A DNA stretch of 63,296 bases, the filler included. It is 11 parts of 11 records of this genome, joined end to end, with 100 filler letters (N's around TTAATTAATTAA, not from the genome) between each part and the next. Parts side by side here need not be neighbours in the genome. Positions count along the whole stretch, not along the records: positions 41,011 to 46,944 come from SRR31147125_125305; positions 47,045 to 52,801 come from SRR31147125_125412; positions 52,902 to 58,195 come from SRR31147125_125511; 8 more parts are not named here. One strand, 5' to 3'. Numbering within the stretch: position 1 is the stretch's first letter; the number at the start of each line of letters is the position of its first letter. The notes beneath the pieces are model-generated. The model searched no databases, had not been told where the DNA came from, and was given only the letters and a program-made list of their open reading frames with translations. The translations under genes were made by a program, and so were the position numbers. Positions 45,250-56,268 of the stretch are shown piece by piece.

Positions 45250-46118
45250 TATTTTTCCTCCCTTGCTTTTGCGGGCTTCCAGAAACCCAAGGCCATAACA
45301 ATAAGATAAATGATCCCCGCGACCAACAACCATATCAAGCCCCTGACTTCAACCACCTCTATTACTGAGCTGTAGCGTTCTTCAATGGGCTCGATCTTCC
45401 AGTTGATATCACCAATCATGATCACTTTGTTCGTTGGAAGCCACTGGGTTTCATCCTCAAGCGATAACTTGAAATGTCTGATCCGATCATCGTAATCTTC
45501 CAGAACGATCTTGCCAACAGAGCTTTTTATGCTGTCGCCAAAAGTCAGTTCAAACTCTTCATCTCCAATTTTAAGGGAGAAAAAATAATTCTGTTCAAAG
45601 GCAGATTGGTATAAACGATATTTACCAATGGCCAGCGGTTTGTTGACTTCCAGAACCGCTGCTTGATCGCCATTCAAAGTTAGGTATGAGCGATAAGCTT
45701 TGGGTGTTTCCTCATCACCATGCAGATCGATCTCAAAGCGATCAAGATGAATGGTTTTTTCATATGCGTCATTTTGATTTTCTACATGTTCATTAAGATT
45801 GGCGGATTTACCTTCGCTTATTGTGATGAAAAATCGCTCATTGTTTGATTTATCGATAATGAACAATACAATGATCACTGCCAGTGCAAGATGAAGGATC
45901 TTCTGCCGGCTTGAACGAATTCCTTTGAAGAACACAGCCAAAACCATGATCAGCGCCAGTAATATCCAGAGCACGAGATTTATAGGAGAATTATAAAAAT
46001 TGTGCAAATACAGAAATCCGGGATCCGAGCTGAGCGGCATAAAGGTCGAGAGTGCCAAAAAGCCCAGCAGGAGGATAGCTAAAATTTTAAATGATATGAG
46101 CAATGTGTTTTTTGTCAT
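45249..46118 (-). CDS. Short ResB/Ccs1-like cytochrome c biogenesis protein
   Basis: Three N-terminal TMs with His, LDRFEI..PKAYRS.L, EVNKPL..YRLYQS, C-terminal TM; coupled to ccsA. Confidence 0.75.
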   Translation of the reverse strand: MTKNTLLISFKILAILLLGFLALSTFMPLSSDPGFLYLHNFYNSPINLVLWILLALIMVLAVFFKGIRSSRQKILHLALAVIIVLFIIDKSNNERFFITISEGKSANLNEHVENQNDAYEKTIHLDRFEIDLHGDEETPKAYRSYLTLNGDQAAVLEVNKPLAIGKYRLYQSAFEQNYFFSLKIGDEEFELTFGDSIKSSVGKIVLEDYDDRIRHFKLSLEDETQWLPTNKVIMIGDINWKIEPIEERYSSVIEVVEVRGLIWLLVAGIIYLIVMALGFWKPAKAREEK

Positions 46119-46259
46119 GCTTCAATTTATAACAAAATTATTGATTTTCAAAATCAATCAAAATATAGGCTAAATCCCCGGCCTCCTCAGGGCAGAATAC
46201 GAGGACATTCAAATTAATAGATCTAAGAAAAATAAATATGGAGAAGGCAATGCCGACTG

Positions 46260-46944
46260 TTAAGTTGCATTAATACCTTTCTTGAAAACTGATTTTACAA
46301 GATTCCCCCCGAACATTGCGATCATGTCATCCAATTCTTTAACATCACAAATAAGAATATCTGCTTGTTTACCTTCCTCAAGAGAGCCGATGATTTTATC
46401 GCGGGAAATAGCTTTTGCGGCATTGAGAGTGACAGCCTTTAGCGCTTCTTGGGGAGTAAAGCCCATGTGCATGACCGCCAGAGACATCATCATGGGAATA
46501 CTCAGCGAGGGACAGGTACCGGGATTATAATCCGTGGCAAGTGCGACGGGCATGCCGGCATCCAGCCAGGGACGGGCATTGGGATAGTCCGTTTTCAGGT
46601 AGTAGGAACAGCCGGGTAAAAATACAGGAACGGTTCCGGATCTCAACATGGCATTAAATTCGGCGTCACTGACCTTATCCAGATGATCAGCGGATACGGC
46701 TTTCATATCAGCGGCTAGTCCTGTAGCGCCGAGTACTTCAAATTGTCCGGAGTGGATCTTTAAGGGAATATTTTTGGACATGGCCGCCTTTAGGAATTTC
46801 TCAGTATCTTCAAAGGAGTAGGCGCCGATATCACAATAGATGTCCACAAATTCGGCCTGTTCTTTTGCAAGCTCAAGTCCCTCGTTCAATAACCAGTCAA
46901 GATAGGCTTCGGGTTCCTGATCTTGCGGGTAAACATGCGGACCC
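46260..46944 (-). CDS. hutI: Imidazolonepropionase (5' truncated)
   Basis: VDIYCD.GA, KIHSGQF, SADHL, ALATDYNPG..P, GSLEEGKQAD. Confidence 0.9.
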
Positions 46945-47044
46945 NNNNNNNNNNNNNNNNNNNNNNNNNNNNNNNNNNNNNNNNNNNNTTAATTAATTAA
47001 NNNNNNNNNNNNNNNNNNNNNNNNNNNNNNNNNNNNNNNNNNNN

Positions 47045-47538
47045 TCCTCAATTTTTATTTTTGCCTCTTCAAGCGTCTTCTTTATGTTGATGCGATAGGT
47101 AATATCCTGGGTTATCCCGATTAAACGGACAACATCTCCCCTGTCGTTAAAGATCAATTTTGCTTTATTTCTTATCCATTTAGTTTTTCCGTCCACCAGA
47201 ATACGATGCTCAACATCATAGGATTTGCCTGTAAGTGTATTCTGCCAATTCTGAATCAAAGACGCTCTGTCATCCGGATGCACCATGTCTAAAACCATTT
47301 CGTTGGTAATTTTCGTACCCACGGGTATGCCAAAGGTTTTATAATTCTGCGGCGTCCAAAAAATAGTTTCATTCTCGACATCGTATTCCCAGGTGCTTAA
47401 CCTTCCGATTTTCTGTGCCTGATCAAGATAATACATTTCTTTATCAGAATCCTGCCGGGATTTTTCCTGCCTCTTTAATTGAAATTCCAGCAGTGTCAAG
47501 CGTTTCTGTAATTCTTCATATGTTGGTTTTTTATTCAT
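47045..47538 (-). CDS. PAS/PAC-domain sensor protein, N-terminal part (3' truncated)
   Basis: MNKKPTYEELQKR leader; AQKIGRLSTWEYD, VHPDDR, WIR..GITQDIT. Confidence 0.85.
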
Positions 47539-47756
47539 CCGATATCCCCATGAAATTTTGCCATAAATTATAGATGGGTGATCTTTTATTCTCGTCGATC
47601 ATGGCGGTTCTCCGAAGACAGGCAGAAGGGCCTCTTATTGTGGCCTTTCACAAAAATTACATAAAATTGTTGTATCCCACAAGTAGAATTTGAAAATCCC
47701 GCAACCGCATTACCCCCAATCTCCAAACCTTCTGAAATCAAATGAGAATCAAACTT

Positions 47757-47772
47757 TGGCCTGATCTTTGCG
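47757..47772 (+). promoter_or_regulatory. Sigma54 promoter of the DUF169-radical SAM pair
   Basis: TGGCCTGATCTTTGCG: GG-N10-GC with TTGC, about 70 nt upstream of the ATG. Confidence 0.65.
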
Positions 47773-47843
47773 TTAATCTGTCAAATAGGTGACGCGGGAC
47801 CAGGCGCCCGCACCTGAAACGAACACGACTTACAGGAGGAACC

Positions 47844-48584
47844 ATGAAACCAGATCCCGCGAATCTGCTCAGCAGTTTAAACATGTCAAATCCCCTTATA
47901 GGCTTTTATGATATCCCGGAAAAACATATGTTTGAGCCGTTTACAACAGCACGGCAGTGTATTTTTTCCTGCTATCCGGATTGGATGCAAGGTGAAAGCA
48001 CATACCTGTCCGAACAAAACATTGAGGCCATTGAATGTCCCGGGGCCGGGTATTGGAACTGCAATGTGGCAACCGTGCCGAAAAAACACGTCGCACACTT
48101 TCTTGCCGTGGAGCAAGGGCTCAAGGCATCACCGGATTTAATGTGTCAATGGCTCGGGGATCAAGCGCCTTACAAAAAGGAACATGATTATATTGTGATC
48201 GGGCCGCTCCGCATGGCCCAATATGAGCATCTTAAAACCGTAACATTCTATGCAAATCCTGATCAGATCAGCGTATTGATCACAGGTGCTGAATATCACA
48301 ATGCATCAACATCCTATCATCCCGTAAGCGTGGGATACGGAACGGGCTGCGGGCAACTTGCCGCAGTATTTGATGATTTTGATACCCCCCAGGCCATGAT
48401 CGGCGGAACAGATATCGCCATGAGACCTTATCTACCCGGCAACACCCTTGCCTTCACAGTGACAAAGCCCATGTTTGAACAACTCTGCCGGCTGGATGAA
48501 AAGAGCTTTCTTCATAAAGCGTTCTGGAACAATGTAAAACAGGCAAGAATAAAGCCGGGCAATGCATACACCCATGGGGGATAA
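47844..48584 (+). CDS. DUF169-like Cys-containing protein
   Basis: CPGAGYW, VIGPL, VTFYANPDQIS, GTGCG, IGGTDIAMR, FTVTKPMF; AGGAGG RBS. Confidence 0.75.
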   Translation: MKPDPANLLSSLNMSNPLIGFYDIPEKHMFEPFTTARQCIFSCYPDWMQGESTYLSEQNIEAIECPGAGYWNCNVATVPKKHVAHFLAVEQGLKASPDLMCQWLGDQAPYKKEHDYIVIGPLRMAQYEHLKTVTFYANPDQISVLITGAEYHNASTSYHPVSVGYGTGCGQLAAVFDDFDTPQAMIGGTDIAMRPYLPGNTLAFTVTKPMFEQLCRLDEKSFLHKAFWNNVKQARIKPGNAYTHGG

Positions 48585-48588
48585 AAAA

Positions 48589-49383
48589 ATGAACATCAAA
48601 CCGTGTGATCACCGGGCAATCCTGAATCCCTGCACGCTGGAGGGGCGGAATTACCAGATTGATCCGTATATCGGATGTGCGCATTATTGTTATTATTGCT
48701 ACGCGCTCAACCAGGCTGAAACAGATTGGACCAAAGAAGTCCTCATTCATCGGGACATTGCCGGCCGGTTGGAATCTGAACTGGATGGCATTGCACCCCA
48801 AACCATATACATGGGCTGGCAGACGGATTCGTATCAGCCATGTGAGGCGGAATACCGGCAAACACGCCAGGTGCTTGAATTGCTTCTGGAGAAAGGCTTT
48901 TCAGCAAGTATCCTGACAAAGTCCGACTTGGTATTGCGTGATACGGATCTGCTACAAAAAATGGAAGCGGCATCCGTCAGTGTTTCTGTTGCATTCAATG
49001 ATAATCCAACACGCCGCCTGTTCGAGGCCAATACCATGGATACCGAAAAAAGAATTGAAGCCCTCGGTCAATTAAAAAAAGCAGGGGTGAAGACCGGCGC
49101 ATTGCTCTGTCCGGTTATCCCTTATATTACGGATGCCATTCAATTGATTGGTATGCTGGCACCATGCACTGACCTAATCTGGGTATACGGCCTTGGTATT
49201 AATGATCCTTCAAATCAAAATTGGTTGAATATGAAAAAGATTCTAAGCCGTGACTTCCCTGATTTGCTGAAGCATATTGAGCCGGCAATCTTCTCAAAAG
49301 AACATATTTATTGGGCACGGCTTAGAGATGATTTGGCGGCACTCAAAGAGAATCGCCGCTTGAATTTGAACATCCGTTTGTAG
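48589..49383 (+). CDS. Radical SAM protein, spore-photoproduct-lyase-like (Rv2578c/SplB-related)
   Basis: IDPYIGCAHYCYYCYA (CxxxCxxC), TDSYQPCE, ILTKSDLVLRD, PVIPYITD. Confidence 0.88.
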   Translation: MNIKPCDHRAILNPCTLEGRNYQIDPYIGCAHYCYYCYALNQAETDWTKEVLIHRDIAGRLESELDGIAPQTIYMGWQTDSYQPCEAEYRQTRQVLELLLEKGFSASILTKSDLVLRDTDLLQKMEAASVSVSVAFNDNPTRRLFEANTMDTEKRIEALGQLKKAGVKTGALLCPVIPYITDAIQLIGMLAPCTDLIWVYGLGINDPSNQNWLNMKKILSRDFPDLLKHIEPAIFSKEHIYWARLRDDLAALKENRRLNLNIRL

Positions 49384-49500
49384 GGTTTTATACGTATTGC
49401 ACGCCCTGTCCCGGGCCGCACCAGGTTGACTTGCCCGGACAAACCGTCGTATGATTGTTTTGGTTTGCATCTTTTAGGAAAGGGGCCTCAGGCAATCTCC

Positions 49501-50126
49501 ATGGGCGATACACACACTCTGGGACGGGCGCACAATTTAAGACTTCTCACGGTTTCGGATTTTATCGACCAGGATCTGACCCGGAAGGTGGAAAATAAAA
49601 CACTTCCCCCCGTGGACCTGATCCTCTCCTGCGGGGACATGGCGCCGGAGTATCTTTCTTTTTTAAGGGATCGCCTGGACGCCCCCCTCTTCTACGTCAA
49701 GGGAAACCACGACATCCGGTATACCCCGTCCAACCCAATGGGATGCGAAAACATCCACGGCCGTGTGGTTTCAGCCGGCCCTGTGAACATCCTGGGACTT
49801 GAAGGGTCCATGTGGTACAATGGGGGCCCCAATCAATACACCGAAGCCATGATGAGGAAAACAATATTCTGGACTGGATTTAAAATCTGGCGGAAAAAAC
49901 CCATCCACATGGTGATCACCCATGCCCCCCCCGGCATATCCATGACCGGGAGGATCTCTGCCACATGGGATTTGACTGCTTTAACCGGCTCATGGCCAGG
50001 CTGGCCCCGGCCTATTTCATCCACGGGCACATCCACAGGGCGTTTGATCGATTTGAAGACCGGGTGACCCGGGTCAACAGCACACAGGTGATCAACACCT
50101 GCGGTTATACCATTATCGAGGTTTGA
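49501..50126 (+). CDS. Calcineurin-like metallophosphoesterase, frameshift in the C8 run at 49925-49932
   Basis: VSD, SCGD, VKGNHD, THAPP; one extra C restores RHIHDREDLCHMGF..FIHGHIH..INTCGYTIIEV*. Confidence 0.85.
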
Positions 50127-50131
50127 GTATC

Positions 50132-51216
50132 ATGAATTTTTTCAAATATCTCTTTGGCAGGACCGGCTCCAGGGGGACGACGACCATGTATCGTCCTTTA
50201 ATGAACAGCAGGCCCAGGAAGAGGATGTGGAGTTTATTGATCACGGTACCCAGGTGATCCCCCTGGAACGGATCACAGGAAGCGTTGGTAAATACCATGA
50301 TTTTGATTCCAGGTTCAGGCCCAAAAAACATGTCTCAGGCAAGCGGTTCAGCGATATCAAGCGAACCATGCGGGAAGGGGGAAATCTGCCTCCGGTCAAC
50401 CTCTACCAGATCCGCAACGATTATTATGTCCTGGACGGCAACCACCGGGTGGCTGCGGCCAAGGAACTGGGATGGACAGATATCAAGGCCAAGGTGATTG
50501 AGCTGCTCTCGGGCAGAAACACCATGGAAAACCTTATCTATATTGAAAAGAAAAAATTCTTTGAAAAAACCGGGATTAAGGGAAAAATCGACCTCACCGA
50601 GGTGGGAAAGTACAATTTCCTTGAAACCCAGATCAAAAAGCACCAGCTCTACCTGGCCGCCCAGTCCGGAAGGGACTGCGACCGCCAGAAAGCGGCTAAG
50701 GACTGGTATAATACCATTTTTATTCCCATGACCGCCATCATCAAGAGCGGGGGGCTGCTCAAATATTTTCCGGGCAGATCCATTGCCGACCTTTACGCCT
50801 ATATTTCATTTCACCACTGGACAAGGAGCGCAGGGAGACGCTACGGCATCGGCATTGACCAGGTGATTCCCAAAAACATGGAGGAATTCCGCAAATCCAT
50901 GCTGGAGAAGACCACCCCGGAATACCCGGAGATGAAGCGGACCATTACCGCCTTTGTCTTTATCAATATAGACGCGTCAACGGAAATGCAGATCATTGAC
51001 AAATTATACGCCCTGGACGAAATCCAGGAAGTCCACTCGGTCCACGGCAGCATTGATATCCTGGTCAAAATGGTGCTGAAACGTGATTTTCTGGCTTCGG
51101 ATGCCGAAACCATTGCGGAATTCGTGGACCAGAATATCCGGCGCATCGAAGGGATCAACCGGACCCAGACCATTATCCCGGGAATTTCCAGGGTCAAAAA
51201 CCTGTTCATGGCTTAA
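50132..51216 (+). CDS. ParB/Sulfiredoxin-like domain, DUF4032-like region and C-terminal Lrp/AsnC ligand-binding domain; probable frameshift in the G run at about 50172
   Basis: ITGSVGKYHDFD..F.P, LPPVNLY..YYVLDGNHRVAAA; C-terminal AFVFINI..EVHSVHGSIDILVK..IRRIEGINRTQT. ATG 50132 follows the upstream stop; the in-frame GTG is at 50227. Confidence 0.8.
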
Positions 51217-51296
51217 CGGGATTCAGCCGGACCTGGAGATTAAGCTCTCCTTTGGCCCGGCTGATTGATCCAACCCGCGTATCCCGGTCCTGGGGC

Positions 51297-52801
51297 TTAC
51301 AACGGGGTATTGGGCACCAGATCCCAGATCCCGCAGGGGCAGGCCCCTTTACAGAACCCGCACCCGATGCATTTATCCGGATCTGCCTTATATTCAAATC
51401 CCGTCTTGGTTTCCACCCGGGAAATGGCGACTTCAGGGCAGACGGCCACGCAGATGCCGCAGTCCCGGCAATTGCCGCAGGAGGCGCATTCCTGGCCGCA
51501 CCCGTCCAGGCCGTCCCTGTTCCTGTCCATATCTTTTCTGGGATCGTAATAGGTCAGGGAAACCCGTGCCTTGTCGATCACCGGGGGCAGTCCGCCTTTA
51601 TCCGGGACTTTGCCGTCAATGATCCGGTCAATGGATTCAGCCGCCCGCTTGCCGGCGCCGATGGCATCGGTAAGCAGGCCGACACCCACGGCATCGCCGA
51701 TGGCAAAGACCCGGGAATCCGAGGTTCTGCCCGTACCGTCCACACGAATGAATCCGTTGTCCAGGGCCAGTTCGTCCCCGAGGAAGCCAAGGTCCGGCAT
51801 ATCCCCGATGGAGAGCACCACGGTATCCGCCGGCAGCAGCTCCCCGTTCTCCAGGACCACCCCTTTTTTGGTGATCTCCCGGGTAAAGACAGGCCACCGG
51901 AATTTTGCCCCGCATTCCTGGGCATCCTCTTTTTCCTTGCCGAATGCCGCAGGCTTCTGGACATCAATGAGGGTGATATCCCGGGCGCCCAGGCGGTGGG
52001 CTTCCGTGGCCACGTCGCATCCCACATTTCCGGCGCCGATAATCACCATGGTCTTGCCGGGTTTAACCTTGCCCGATTTGGCGGTTTCCAGAAAATCATT
52101 GGCATAAACCGCCAGTTCAATGCCCTTTACCGGCAGGGTGCGGGGCTTTTTGGCCCCGGCCGCCACAATGGTAAAATCATAATCATTCTTAATTTTATAG
52201 AACCGGTCCGCATCAATGGTCTCTTCCGTGCGGATATCACCGATAAAAGACCTCACCCGGTCAAGTTCCGCCTTCAAGGTATCTGCCGGCACCCTGGATT
52301 CGGGAATCACCGATGCCATTTTCCCGCCCACGGCCTTGCCCGTCTCAAATACCGTGGGGGTATGGCCTTTGAGGGTCAGGTGCCAGGCTGCGGAAATCCC
52401 GCCGGCCCCGGCCCCGATCACCGCCACTTTTTTCCGGCTCTTTTTTGCGGGCTTGGGGGGTTTGACATCCTGGCCGGCCCGGCCCAGGAGGCGCACGTCA
52501 ATGGGGCTCATATAGGAAAGGTGCCGGGTGCAGGAGGCCATGCAGGGAGAGGGGCATAAATGCCCGCAGACCGTGGCCGGAAACGGGGTATAGTTCAGGC
52601 CCATGGCAACGGCCTCCTCGATATTTTCCGCCCGGACCATGGCCCAGCGCTCCTGGACCGGAATCCCCGTGGGGCAGGCTGCCTGGCAGGGAGAGATATA
52701 TTTTCCCTGCTCCCATACCGGTACATAGCGGCGGTACTCTCCCTTGGTGATAAGGGGGACGATCTCTTTTTCAGTCTCCTGGAGATCACCGATGAGCCCC
52801 C
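51297..52801 (-). CDS. GltD-like FAD/NAD(P) oxidoreductase with C-terminal 2x[4Fe-4S] (5' truncated)
   Basis: Frame open to the contig edge; SPCQAACP, VCGHLCPSPC, VIGAGAGG, IIGAGNVGCD, FAIGD, CRDCGICVAVCP, CIGCGFCKGACP. Confidence 0.9.
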
Positions 52802-52901
52802 NNNNNNNNNNNNNNNNNNNNNNNNNNNNNNNNNNNNNNNNNNNNTTAATTAATTAANNNNNNNNNNNNNNNNNNNNNNNNNNNNNNNNNNNNNNNNNNN
52901 N

Positions 52902-55035
52902 GGGGACGCTTGTCGGCGCTCCATTGCAGGCTCCGGCGTTGTGGTCTCCCTCTGAATGCCGTCGTTCATGGAGAACCAGGGGCGTTCCAACTGGGGGTAG
53001 ATTCCCACCCGCAGGGCATGAACGGCATAGGGCAGCCCGATAAAGAGCAGCACCAGAACGGTGATGCTCTGGTAGCTTTTCACTGCTTTTCTGAATCTCC
53101 CTTTTTCCGGTAAATATTTGAGCAGCGCAAAGCCGGCCAGAAGATAAAGCCAGATGAACCGGGGCGCCATGGGATCGTGCCAGATCAGCACCAGGGTGAT
53201 GAAGCCGATGGCTGCCAGAGGGCGGGAGTAGAGTTTGGCAACGGCAATGGTGAAGATCAGCACAATGAAAAAATCAAGCAGACTCCAGCGTTTCAGCCAG
53301 GTTTGCGGAATATTGTCGATACCGGCGGCATGGATCAATTTCCACCCCGGCGGCAGAAGAAGCCGGCCTTTGACTTCCTGAAACTCATGCTGCCATCCCG
53401 TGGCCGGGACACGGCTGATTTGTCCCATGAACCTTCCTTCCGCCACAAGATCCAGAATGCCTCTGCGAAGGGCCACACCGGGGGCGGCGCTCTTTTCCCT
53501 CCGGGTGATGAGTTGCTCTTTGCCATCCACGCTCACCTTGCCCGGCGACATGGACGGTGCCATTTCCAGCCGCCAGTCGCTGTTTTTCTTTCCGGTGATT
53601 TTGTCTTGAATGGTGTAGCCGGAGCCGTCGAAATGGAGCCACAAGGTACGGCTCAATGAGAGCTGATCCGGTGCCGGGACAGGATCGCCCCGTTTGATCT
53701 CTTTGAACGTCAGGGCTTCTCCCGGAACCATTCTAAAGGCTGGATAGTTGTGCCACGCCTTAGGAAGAGAGGTCTGGCGGGGATCGATGGGCATGCCGCC
53801 GTGGATTTCGACGATCCTCAGATCGGAATGGCGGTTGACAACCCAGATTTCATGATCCGGCCAATGAAATTGGGGGAGCGTATTTGACGACGTTCTTCTC
53901 TGTGGTTTGCGGTGCTGTTTGGGTAAAGGGGGGATGGGGGGGATGAGGTGGTGGAAGATAAGGAAACGGTTGTAAGGGGACCAAGGTGCCGAAGTTTGAC
54001 TGTGATGGTGTAGCGGCCGGGTTTGGCCCGGACCCGCAATGTGCCGTCGGACTTCAGTTGGGCAGGCAGGGGACTGTTGATGGACATGGGAATCAGCTCC
54101 TCCGGAGAGAACATGGGGCCGAATAGCATTTCCCGGGCCGATCCGGCCACATCCAAGGCCACTTGAATTGTCATTTCAGCCGGGATGCTGTCCTCGATCA
54201 GACGAAAAACTTGAAGTTTCAGGCGATCGATCTCTTTTTCAGCCGGCTTTTCCTTGGGTGATTTTTTCAGCCATAACCGGCCTTGCGGATCCAAGTTGGG
54301 AAACGGCTGTGTCTCGCCGTTGAGCTGAAGCGATAAAATGGCGGAGCGCTCGGGAATTTGGAGAAATTCGGGCTGTTTTTTCCAGGCAAAGCGACCGGAT
54401 ACGGTGAGGGGGGTCAGCGGTTTATCCTCCCACGCTCTTACCGCTGGGATATTGGTTTCAGGGGGATGATTGTGAATGGTTGCTTCCGGTTTCGGTCGAT
54501 ATAGTTGCGTCTGTTTCAGCATGGCGACCGGCCGTCCGTTTTGTAAGGTGACACCCGTTGGAGTGCCGTCGATGGTGACGTCAATGGGCCACTGTTTTTC
54601 ATTGCCGGGCAGTGGAATGGTGAGGCTGTAACCGACCTGCCAGATTTGTGTGAAGCGTCCGCCCCGGGAGTCGAGATCCAGGTCCAGACGGGAGGGCCAG
54701 AGGCACTCCATTTGGCGATTGTCATTGTACCTGGGGATGCACCAAAGTTCCCTTTCCTTTCCATGAAGGACCCATCCTGTCCAGGGTTTCAGTGCGTTGG
54801 GGATTTTGTTTGATAAATTTGCATCCGGAGAGTCCGTATCGGGACAGGTGGGGAGAGCAAAAGTATGAGGGGGAAGGGGAGACAATTGTGCCTTCTCAAA
54901 ACTATGGGCCTCTGTTTCTACCACATTGAGGCAAAAAAGTTGAAAAGAGAGTAGAAGTAAAACCATGATGACGCGTGACAAAAAAATTGAGTGGGTCGAT
55001 TGGACATTTACTTGGTCGGTTTGAAAAATTGCCAT
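52902..55035 (-). CDS. Large exported/membrane hypothetical protein, frameshifted near 53875, 3' truncated
   Basis: IPNALKPWTGWVL, CLWPSRLDLD; shifted frame FHWPDHEIW..DLRIVEIHGG joins MPIDPRQTSLP; TM helices WSLLDFFIVL. Confidence 0.7.
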
Positions 55036-55489
55036 TTCATTTCTCCCGTGGTGAATATCTGACATGTGATGCTGTGGTCGGGTCTGATTTTTCCAGGGCC
55101 ATTAACCCTATGTTAACTCCCATTGTAATAAGAATTCACCACAAACGCAAAAGACAAAATGTTGCCTTGGACGGGGAGATGATTTTTTTTAATCAAATTG
55201 ACAACCATGAGGGAGTATTGAAGGATGAAAACTGCATTACTAAAAGGACACCGGCTCAAAACATGTGTGCTCTGCTTAACGGTTTGGCTGCCGATTGTCG
55301 CATACTCAGGAACACTTTTTTGAGGGGCAAACTGTCGTGGGAGCAATTTTTGGCCGCCTTTGTCACGCTTGAATTGTCTTCATCACAATGATATTGAAGC
55401 ATGGTACACGAAAAAGGTGGGAACGGATTTTAAATCTGTGCCCAAAGCATGAAAAAAGACCCTTCAACCTGTTACCCCAAGGAGTTGTC

Positions 55490-55984
55490 ATGCAGGAAAA
55501 AAGATATGTGATCACCATGCTGGTGGATAACGAACCGGGTGTGACGGCCCGGATCACCGGTTTGTTTGCCGGCCGCGGATATAACATTGAAACCATCTGC
55601 GGCGCCCCCACAGCCGATTCTGAACTCTCCCGGATCACCATTACCACCATTGCGGCACCGGCCCAGTTTGCTCAATGCATGAAGCAGATTCAGCGGCTTA
55701 CCAATGTCATCAAACTTCGGGACATGACCGGAGAAGAGGCGGTAAAACGGGAAATGGCTTTGATTTGCGTTACGGCAGAACCTGATCAGCGGAAAGGCAT
55801 TCTGGAGATTGTGGAGGTGTATCGGGGGAAAATCATCGATATCGGATCCGCCACCCTCACCATGGAAGTGACGGCCAAAGAGAACGAGATCGATGAATTG
55901 CTTGCCAAACTTCACCCCTTCGGTATCGTGAAACTGGCCCGTTCCGGTGTGCTGGCCCTTTACCGGGAAGCCGACGCCCATTGA
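55490..55984 (+). CDS. ilvN: Acetolactate synthase small (regulatory) subunit
   Basis: LVDNEPGVTARITGLFAGRGYNIETI, SRITI, REMAL, GIVKLARSG; AAGGAG RBS. Confidence 0.92.
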   Translation: MQEKRYVITMLVDNEPGVTARITGLFAGRGYNIETICGAPTADSELSRITITTIAAPAQFAQCMKQIQRLTNVIKLRDMTGEEAVKREMALICVTAEPDQRKGILEIVEVYRGKIIDIGSATLTMEVTAKENEIDELLAKLHPFGIVKLARSGVLALYREADAH

Positions 55985-56268
55985 GGTAATCCAAGCCTGC
56001 ACGCCGATTATTAGAAGTGGGTTCGTAATGACTTTCCCACTTCGGGAGGGGGACGGATTTAAAATCCGTTCCCAAAAGCAGACAAATGGGCAAACGATTC
56101 AAGACCGCTTCCATAGAATGATTTTTTCTTGCTTGATTTGACCGCCCTGCCGTCACACGATGCCCCTTCCCATCTCCAGTGAGCGGGCGGATGCAAGGCA
56201 TTAATGACTTTTTCCATTCCCCATTTAAGCCCATCTCCCGTGAGCAGGCGGATGAAAGGGAAACGTGT

